Both the position numbers and the translations under genes were made by a program. DNA of 64,000 nucleotides, from NCBI GenBank assembly GCA_963704165.1, contig CAVPHD010000006.1, forward strand, positions 64,001 to 128,000, in the 5' to 3' direction. The notes under the pieces were generated by a model. It was not told the DNA's origin. It did no database searches and saw only the letters and a program-made list of their open reading frames with translations. Below are positions 57,269 to 64,000 of the stretch, piece by piece. This DNA comes from an uncultured delta proteobacterium (GTDB lineage Bacteria > Myxococcota_A > UBA9160 > SZUA-336). Position 1 is the stretch's first letter; each line of letters begins with the position of its first letter.

Positions 57269-57278
57269 AGTGTATACT
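57269..57278. promoter_or_regulatory. Back-to-back -10 elements (AGTGTATACT): TATACT on +, TACACT on -
   Basis: In a 47-bp divergent gap; the minus hexamer is 7 nt from GTG57261. Confidence 0.6.
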
Positions 57279-57308
57279 GCCGGCGAGTTCGCACCGAGGA
57301 GACCTGGA

Positions 57309-58184
57309 ATGAAGCTCGCCACCTTCAGCCACGGCGGGTCGACGCGGATCGGAGTCGTCCATGGCGAAGACATTCTCGACCTGGCCGCCGCCGCGCCCGA
57401 CCTGCCTCGCGACCTGATCGGCTTCCTGACGGCGGGACCGCGTGCACGCCAGCGCGCCGGCGAGGTGGCCGCGGGGAGCGGCGCCCGGATCCCGCTCGCC
57501 GACGTCAAGCTCGAATCCCCGATCCTCCGCCCGCCGAAGCTTCTCGCGGTCGGTCTGAACTACGCCGACCACGTCGCCGAGAGCGGAATGGAGCGGCCGA
57601 AGTTCCCGGCCATCTTCAACAAGCAATCGACGTGCGTGACCGGCCCGTACGACCCGATCCACTTGCCGCGGGTCTCGTCGGCGCTCGACTACGAAGGTGA
57701 GCTCGCGTTCGTGATCGGCCGACGCTGCCGCCACGTGCCACGCGCCCGCGCGCACGAGGTGATCGCCGGCTTCTGCGTCCACGACGACGTCTCGGTGCGC
57801 GACTGGCAGCTCCGGGTACCGACCTTCACGATGGGCAAGTCCTTCGACACCCACGGACCGCTCGGTCCCTGGCTCACGACGAGCGACGAGGTCGGCGATC
57901 CCCACGCGCTCTCGATCCGCACGCTCGTGAACGGAGACGTCCGCCAGAACTCGAACACCAAGGAGCTGATCTACGACTGCTACGCGATCGTCGAGCACCT
58001 CTCGACCGCGTTCACGCTCGAGGTCGGCGACGTGATCGCGACGGGAACACCGGGAGGTGTCGGTATCGGCATGAAGCCGCCGCGCATGCTCGTCGCGGGC
58101 GACGTCGTTCGCGTCGAGATCGAGAACCTCGGCTTCATCCAGAACGAGGTCATTCCCGAACCCGAGGAGACCGTGCGCTTCTAG
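57309..58184 (+). CDS. Fumarylacetoacetate hydrolase family protein
   Basis: GLNYADH, DYEGEL, DVSVRDWQ, GKSFDT, GDVIATGTPGGVG. Confidence 0.94.
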   Translation: MKLATFSHGGSTRIGVVHGEDILDLAAAAPDLPRDLIGFLTAGPRARQRAGEVAAGSGARIPLADVKLESPILRPPKLLAVGLNYADHVAESGMERPKFPAIFNKQSTCVTGPYDPIHLPRVSSALDYEGELAFVIGRRCRHVPRARAHEVIAGFCVHDDVSVRDWQLRVPTFTMGKSFDTHGPLGPWLTTSDEVGDPHALSIRTLVNGDVRQNSNTKELIYDCYAIVEHLSTAFTLEVGDVIATGTPGGVGIGMKPPRMLVAGDVVRVEIENLGFIQNEVIPEPEETVRF

Positions 58185-58201
58185 AGCGCCCGAGGAGTCC
58201 C

Positions 58202-59047
58202 ATGAAGTACGGCGTCACGATCTTCCCGACCGACTCCTCGATCACGCCGGTCGAGCTCGCGCCGCGCCTGCGAGGAGCGCGGCTTCGAGTCGCTCTTGGT
58301 CGCCGAGCACTCGCACATTCCCGCGTCGCGGCAAACGCCGTTCCCCGGGCGGCGGCGACCTGCCGAAGCGGTACTACGACGTCTTCGACCCGTTCGTCTC
58401 GCTCACGGCCGCCGCGGCGGTGACGACGAGGCTCGAAGGTCGCGACCGGCATCTGCCTCGTCGTGCAGCGCGACCCGATCCAGACCGCCAAGGAGGTCGC
58501 CACGCTCGACCAGGTCTCGAACGGGCGCTTCCTGTTCGGCATCGGCGCCGGCTGGAACGCCGAGGAGATGGACAACCACGGCACGCCCGAAGACGCGCTT
58601 CAAGCTCATGCGCGAGCGCATCGAGGCGATGAAGGCGATCTGGACCAGGACGAAGGCCGAGTACCACGGCGAGTTCGTGAACTTCGACCCGATCTTGACC
58701 TGGCCGAAGCCGGTGCAGAAGCCGCACCCGCCGATCCTCGTCGGCGGCGGCTGGCCCGGCGCCGCGAACCGCGCGATCGAGTACGGCGACGGCTGGATGC
58801 CGATCAACATCCCCGGCCGACTGATTCGCCGGATTCCCGAGTTCTGGGCCGCCGTCGAAGCGGCCGGCCGCGATCCGAAGAACCTCGAGCTCATCGATCT
58901 TCGGCATGGGTCCGGACGAGGCCGAGATCGCGAAGTTCGCACGAGGCCCGCGCGAGCCGTGTCGTCTTCATGCTTCCCTCCGATCCCGCGGACCAGGTTC
59001 TGCCCCGGCTCGACCGGCTCGAGAAGCTCGCGCGCACGCTCGGCTAG
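58202..59047 (+). CDS. LLM class (probably F420-dependent) oxidoreductase (multiple frameshifts)
   Basis: MKYGVTIFPTD, AEHSHIP, RDPIQTAKEVATLD..SNGRF.FGIGAGWN.EEM, WPKPVQKPHPPI.VGG, YGDGW in alternating frames. Confidence 0.85.
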
Positions 59048-59525
59048 ACCGCGTCGCGCAGCTCCGCGCGCAGGCGCTCGTACTCGACCGCGTCGAGCAG
59101 GCCGCGCCGGCGCAGCCGTTCGACACGCGCCAGTGTACGCGCGAGGTCGGCGCCCTCCTCGGCGTCGCGATCCGGCGCCGGGCTCTCGATCTGATCGAGC
59201 AACGCGTTCGCGAGCGCCCAGGTCGCCGCGCCCGAAAGCGCCGCCTGCGCCAATGCACCGCCGACCCAGCCGATCCCCGGCAGGAGCTTCAGTGCGCTCG
59301 CCGCGGCGCGTGGCAGTGCCGCACCGAGAAGTCCGACCGCGAGCGCGCCCTGCGCGCCGATGCCCACGCCGAGCGCCGTAGAGCCGTCCGAGCTTGCGCA
59401 GCATCGAGAGCTGGACGGCCGTCACGGCGACGAGATCGACGACCGGAATCGGGATCGCGGCGGCTGCGACCGAGGTCGCGACGTGGTCCTGGATCAGCGC
59501 ATCCGCGCGCGCGTCGGCTCTGCAT
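59044..59525 (-). CDS. DUF697-like membrane protein with SHOCT-like tail (frameshifts near 59510 and 59372)
   Basis: GGAGG plus ATG59525; IPIPVVDL....VQLSML..L..LYG, LKLLPGIG, ATWAL; L..RGLLD..EYE..R tail. Confidence 0.65.
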
Positions 59526-59683
59526 GACTCGTCCTCCCGCGTGAGAGATCCCGGACGAGCGGAGAGCAACGAACGTGCCGGCACCACCCGGTCGCAGCGA
59601 TCGCCGTAGCGCGCCGCCGGCGCAGCCGAACGGCGACAGCCGCAGGATTCCGCCGACGCGATCGAGGGCTAGACTGCCCCGCG

Positions 59684-60957
59684 ATGGCTGCCGTCCCCAG
59701 ACCCGTGGTCGCAAACGTTGCCGGGGAGATCTACGACGTGCCGGGTCTTCGCGCGGCCGCGCGGGCGGGAGACGACGTGTTCCCGATCGACGCGGCGGAG
59801 CTCGTGCCGCTTCCGGACTCGAGCCGACTGATGTTCCTGCCCGATCGCACGCCGCTCGCGTTCGAGGGAGCCCGCGCCCCGCCCGAGGCGCTCGACGGCG
59901 CGCTCGCCGTCGCCGCGTTCCTGCCACCGGGCTACACGAGCTTCGCGCTCTCGGCCTGGCGTCGCGAGCCCGGCGCGGCGTTGCTTCCGCTCTTCGCCTA
60001 CACCGCCGTGTGCTGGTACCGGGGCGGATTCTTCGTCCCGGCGCGACGCATCGACGACGACCCGAAGCACGATCCCGAATCGTTCTCGCGCGCCGAGATC
60101 GAGAAGCGCGTCGCGGAGCTGCGCACGCGGCTCCCGAAGAACCGGCTCGCCGCGCATCTCGGCGCGCGCTGCGCGCTCGAATGGAGCTGCCCGAACGCGC
60201 AGAACCTGTTCCTCGAGCGATGGGAAGCACCGATCGCGGTCTCGCGCGCCTGCAACGCGGCGTGCATCGGCTGCATCTCCGAGCAGCCCGACGACACGGT
60301 TCCTTCGCCGCAGGAGCGCCTCGAGTTCCTGCCGAGCCAGGACGAGATCCTCGAGCTCGCGATCCCGCACCTCGAGCGCGCACCGCGCGCGATGATCAGC
60401 TTCGGACAGGGCTGCGAGGGCGAGCCGCTGCTTCAGGCCGATCTGATCGAGCGCGTGATCCGCGCGATCCGGGCGCGCACCTCGCGCGGCACGCTGCACC
60501 TCAACACCAACGGGAGCCGTCCCGACGCCGTCGCCCGACTGGCCGAAGCGGGCCTCGACAGCATCCGCGTCTCGCTGAACAGCGCGCGGCCCGAGGCCTA
60601 CACGCCCTACTATCGTCCGCGCACGTACGACTTCGCGGACGTCGTCGAGACGCTGCGCGTCGCGGCCCGGCACGAGCTGTGGAGCTCGCTGAATCTACCT
60701 GTCCTTCCCCGGCGTCACCGATCGCGTGGACGAAGCCGAGGCGCTTGGAACGACTCGTGCGCGACACGGGCGTGCGCATGATCCAGTTCCGCAACCTGAA
60801 CGTGGATCCAGACTGGTACGTCGACGTGCTCGGGCGCGGCTCGAGCTCGCCGCGACTCGGCATGCCCGCGCTTCTCGAACGCATGCGCGCGGCGCGACCC
60901 GGGCTTCGCTTCGGCTACTTCAACCCGCCCGCCGAGACCTGGGACGACCGGAGGTGA
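59684..60957 (+). CDS. Radical SAM protein, uncharacterised family (frameshifts near 60693 and 60746)
   Basis: CNAACIGC (CxxxCxxC), SFGQGCEGEPL, NTNGS, IRVSLNS, IQFRNLNVDP, FGYFNP. Confidence 0.88.
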
Positions 60958-60958
60958 C

Positions 60959-62383
60959 ATGCGCATTCTCCTGCTTCTGACCCTCTTCTGTGTCGCGACG
61001 ACCGCTCGCGCCGACGATGCCGCACCGCCTCGCCGGCACTCGACGCCGGAGAGCCGCGAAGCGCTCGGCGTCACCGTCTACTCCGGTGGCTTCGGGCTGA
61101 TCCGCGAGACGCGGACGCTCGCGCTCGGCAAAGGCCGCTCGGAGATCGAGTTCGGCGGCGTGGCCGGTACGATCCAACCCGAGACGGTGCAGATCCACGC
61201 CGTCGGCGACGCTTCCGGGCTTCGCGTGCTCGAGCAGAACTACCAATACGACCTGCTCTCGCCCCAGAAGCTGCTCGAGAAGTACGTCGGGCGCACGGTC
61301 CGCGTCTACCGCTTCAGCGAAGCCAAGGGCCGCGACGAGGAGCTCGATGCGACCGTGCTCTCGGCCGGCACGCCGCCGATCCTGCGCGTCGGCGACGAGA
61401 TCACGTGGGCGTTTCCGGGTCGGATCTCGTTTCCCGAGATCCCGAAGACGCTGATCGCAAGACCGACGCTGGTCTGGCTGGTCGAGAGCCCGTCGGAGCG
61501 CCAGAAGGTCGAGGTCTCGTACCTCGCGACGGACCTGTCCTGGAAGGCGGACTACGTGCTCGTGGTGAACGATTCCGACAGCGCGGGCGACCTGAACGGC
61601 TGGGTGACGCTCGACAACCGGAGCGGCGCGCCGTGGGCGAACGCGAAGATCCAGCTCGTCGCGGGCGACGTGAATCGCGTCCGGCCGACGTCGTACCCGG
61701 ACCAGATGATCTACGCGGCGGAAGCCCGAACGGCGATGGCGCCACCGCAGTTTCGCGAGGAAGGTCTCTTCGAGTACCACCTGTACACGCTCGAGCGTCC
61801 CGCCACGCTGCTCGAGAACGAGCAGAAGCAGATCTCGCTGCTCGAGGCGAGCGGGATCGCGCTCTCGAAACATCTGGTCCTGCGCGGCGAACCCTCGTAC
61901 TTCCGGATGCAGACTCGCGACGTCGGAGCCCGAACCAAAGTCGCCGTCTCGCTCGAATTCGAGAACCGCGAGAGCCAACACCTCGGGCTGCCCCTCCCGA
62001 AGGGCATCGTGCGCGTCTACAAGCGCGACAAATCCGGCGGCCGCCAGTTCCTGGGCGAGGACGAGATCGACCACACGCCGCGCGACGAGCGCGTTCGCAT
62101 TCGTGTCGGCGACGCCTTCGACGTGATCGGCGAGCGCAAGCAGATGGACTACAAGATGATCGGTTCGTGCCGCGCGGAGAGCGCCTGGCAGATCGACCTG
62201 CGCAACCACAAGGACGAGAAGATCGAAGTCGACGTGGTCGAGCCGGCGAGCGGTGACTGGGAGATCGTCTCGTCGAGTCACAAGGCGACCAAGGACGACG
62301 CGCGCACGTTCAGCTTCCACGTGCCGGTGCCCGCACGCGGCAGCACGCGCGTGGAGTATCGCGTCCGGGTTCGCTGGTGTTAG
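60959..62383 (+). CDS. DUF4139 domain exported protein
   Basis: Signal peptide; VTVY....GLIRE, EQNYQYDL, PTLVW, W.ADY, FEYHLY, GLPLPKG.VRVY, IDHTP. Confidence 0.85.
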   Translation: MRILLLLTLFCVATTARADDAAPPRRHSTPESREALGVTVYSGGFGLIRETRTLALGKGRSEIEFGGVAGTIQPETVQIHAVGDASGLRVLEQNYQYDLLSPQKLLEKYVGRTVRVYRFSEAKGRDEELDATVLSAGTPPILRVGDEITWAFPGRISFPEIPKTLIARPTLVWLVESPSERQKVEVSYLATDLSWKADYVLVVNDSDSAGDLNGWVTLDNRSGAPWANAKIQLVAGDVNRVRPTSYPDQMIYAAEARTAMAPPQFREEGLFEYHLYTLERPATLLENEQKQISLLEASGIALSKHLVLRGEPSYFRMQTRDVGARTKVAVSLEFENRESQHLGLPLPKGIVRVYKRDKSGGRQFLGEDEIDHTPRDERVRIRVGDAFDVIGERKQMDYKMIGSCRAESAWQIDLRNHKDEKIEVDVVEPASGDWEIVSSSHKATKDDARTFSFHVPVPARGSTRVEYRVRVRWC

Positions 62384-62392
62384 GCTCGGCGC

Positions 62393-63823
62393 GTGGCCGA
62401 TGCCGCGACGTTTCTCGATGAGCAGCGCCCGTTCAGGCGCGGCGAGATCGCGCTCGCACGGCGCGCCGTCGACGACCCGATGTTCATGCTCCCGCGTGAG
62501 CTCGACGGTCTGCGCTACGCGATCCGGCTGGCGCAGATCTCGACGCTCGGCGCCGAGCCCGATGCGCTGATCGACCGGATCGGATCGTTCCGGCTTCGGC
62601 TTCTGCAGCTGCTGGCGCCGGTGCTTCCGACCGAACCCGAGCGGATCGAAGCGAACGATCTGCACGCGCTGCTGCCGAAGGTGATTCGGCTCGTCGACGA
62701 GGCGCGCGCGCTCGTCGTCCGCTTCGGGATCGCCGACGAGGCGACGATCGACGCCGAGATCGCCGACAAGCGGCTCGTGCTCGTGCTCGGCGGAGCCGCC
62801 GGCTCCGGCTACGTCTTCCTCGGCGCGCTCGTCCGCCTCGAAGAGCTCGGGCTTCGTCCCGCCTACCAGGTCGGCTGCAGCGTCGGGTCACTGCTCGGTG
62901 TCATCCGCGGGCGGCGCGCAGACTTCGACCTCGACGAGCTGCTCGAGGACATTCACCTCCTGCGCGCGAGCGCGGTCTTCCGGCCCTCGCGGCTCGTCGC
63001 CCGTTTCGGGATGCCGGCGGCGCTCCGGCTCGATCTGCGCGGTCCCCTCGGCTCGCTCTTCACGAATGCGGAGGGTCAGGCGCTGCGACTTCGCGAGCTC
63101 GCGATCCCGACCGACGCGCTCGCGACGGGCCTGGGCCCGGGCGCGCTGCTCGGCGGGACCGGGGACTTTGCGCGCATGGTCGACGCGGAGCTCTCCGGTG
63201 CGGAGGAGCTCCGCGATCTTCCCGGATCGGTCCTTGCGCGCGCGGTCTCGGCGCTCGTCGCGCTCGCGATGAGCCGGCGCGCTCTCGTGCCGATGTTTCT
63301 CGGCGCGGACGCGGAGACGGCGGAACTGCCCGCGCTCGATGCCGCGGGCTTCTCGGCCGCAATCCCCGCGCTCCTGCAGTACGACCCACCCGAAGACGAC
63401 GCGCACGCTGCGCGGATCCTGAAGCGGATCTTCGACGAGCACCGTCTCTCCGCGCTCGTCGACGGCTCGCTCGCGAGCCTGGTTCCCGCGCGCTACGCCT
63501 GGGAGGCGATCGAAGCCGGGCGCATCGGCACGCGGCACACGGCGATCGTCGCGCTCGACGCGCTCGCCTCGGGCACCGGCACGAACGCCGTCTTCGCGCC
63601 CGCGCTTCGCGCGCTCTCGGGCACCGCCCACCGCGACAAGCCGTTCTGGGATCTGCACGTCGCGTTCCGGCGTCCGCCGCCGTTGCTCGAGATGTTCCCG
63701 ACCGAGGCGCGGTTGCGCGCCGCGTCGAGGCACGGCGAACGCGAGTTCGAGCCGACCTCGCGAATCCTCCGCGCGTTGCTCGCGCCGCTCCCGGCCTGGC
63801 GCGAGCTCAGGACGGTGTCTTGA
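62393..63823 (+). CDS. Patatin-like phospholipase
   Basis: LVLGGAAGSG (Gly-rich loop), GCSVG (GxSxG), SAAIP, LVDG. Confidence 0.8.
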   Translation: MADAATFLDEQRPFRRGEIALARRAVDDPMFMLPRELDGLRYAIRLAQISTLGAEPDALIDRIGSFRLRLLQLLAPVLPTEPERIEANDLHALLPKVIRLVDEARALVVRFGIADEATIDAEIADKRLVLVLGGAAGSGYVFLGALVRLEELGLRPAYQVGCSVGSLLGVIRGRRADFDLDELLEDIHLLRASAVFRPSRLVARFGMPAALRLDLRGPLGSLFTNAEGQALRLRELAIPTDALATGLGPGALLGGTGDFARMVDAELSGAEELRDLPGSVLARAVSALVALAMSRRALVPMFLGADAETAELPALDAAGFSAAIPALLQYDPPEDDAHAARILKRIFDEHRLSALVDGSLASLVPARYAWEAIEAGRIGTRHTAIVALDALASGTGTNAVFAPALRALSGTAHRDKPFWDLHVAFRRPPPLLEMFPTEARLRAASRHGEREFEPTSRILRALLAPLPAWRELRTVS

Positions 63824-64000
63824 GCCGTTCGATCTCGCGCGAGAGGATCTGCCGCGTGATCGCGATCGCGCAGGCGTAGGTCGAGTCGGTGCCGAAGCTG
63901 CCGAGGCTCTTCGACAGGAGTGACTGGCGGCGGCTGTACGGAGTGTCCGACGCGTAGTGCAGGATCCCGACGGCGGCGCTCGTCCGCTCGGAGAGGCTCA
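63807..64000 (-). CDS. C-terminal fragment of a conserved protein (resembles DUF6909)
   Basis: Open frame ...VGILHYASDTPYSRRQSLLSKSLGSFGTDSTYACAIAI...TPS stop; family call from memory of the motif only. Confidence 0.5.
   Translation of the reverse strand, partial: SLSERTSAAVGILHYASDTPYSRRQSLLSKSLGSFGTDSTYACAIAITRQILSREIERLKTPS

Noticed and set aside
53658..59047. Programmed frameshifting or true pseudogenes (aminotransferase, LLM)
   Set aside because: Multiple scattered shifts with no slippery sites and no other decay; sequencing error is simpler

Overview
A gene-dense, very GC-rich bacterial chromosomal segment. The gene content (DUF1329, DUF3604, several LLM oxidoreductases, paired acyl-CoA dehydrogenases, P450s, SWIM-SNF2, Grx4-rhodanese fusion) suggests Myxococcota or Binatia-like deltaproteobacteria; this is inference only. 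It holds about 55 CDS and one tRNA-Glu(UUC); I saw no integrase, transposase, phage block or CRISPR array. Recognisable blocks are: a tightly coupled LLM-DUF3604-DUF1329-PpiC-HupE/UreJ operon, a sulfatase-HugZ pair, a complete mrpABCDEFG operon followed by an orphan LanC-like gene, a Grx4 fusion-BolA-hemH-nth Fe-S/heme cluster, three SF2 helicases, SLT plus mlaFEDAC, lipid/aromatic catabolic genes, and a radical SAM-DUF4139-patatin operon. At least nine genes are broken by small indels, including compensating pairs, which look like sequencing errors rather than real pseudogenes. The best candidates for undescribed biology are the DUF3604 operon, the Fe-S trafficking cluster with two Fe-S clients, a 23-codon leader ORF coupled to mrpA, tandem CRP-type boxes before SLT-mla, and many leaderless or bidirectional promoters. 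All family calls come from motif recognition by eye, not from database searches.
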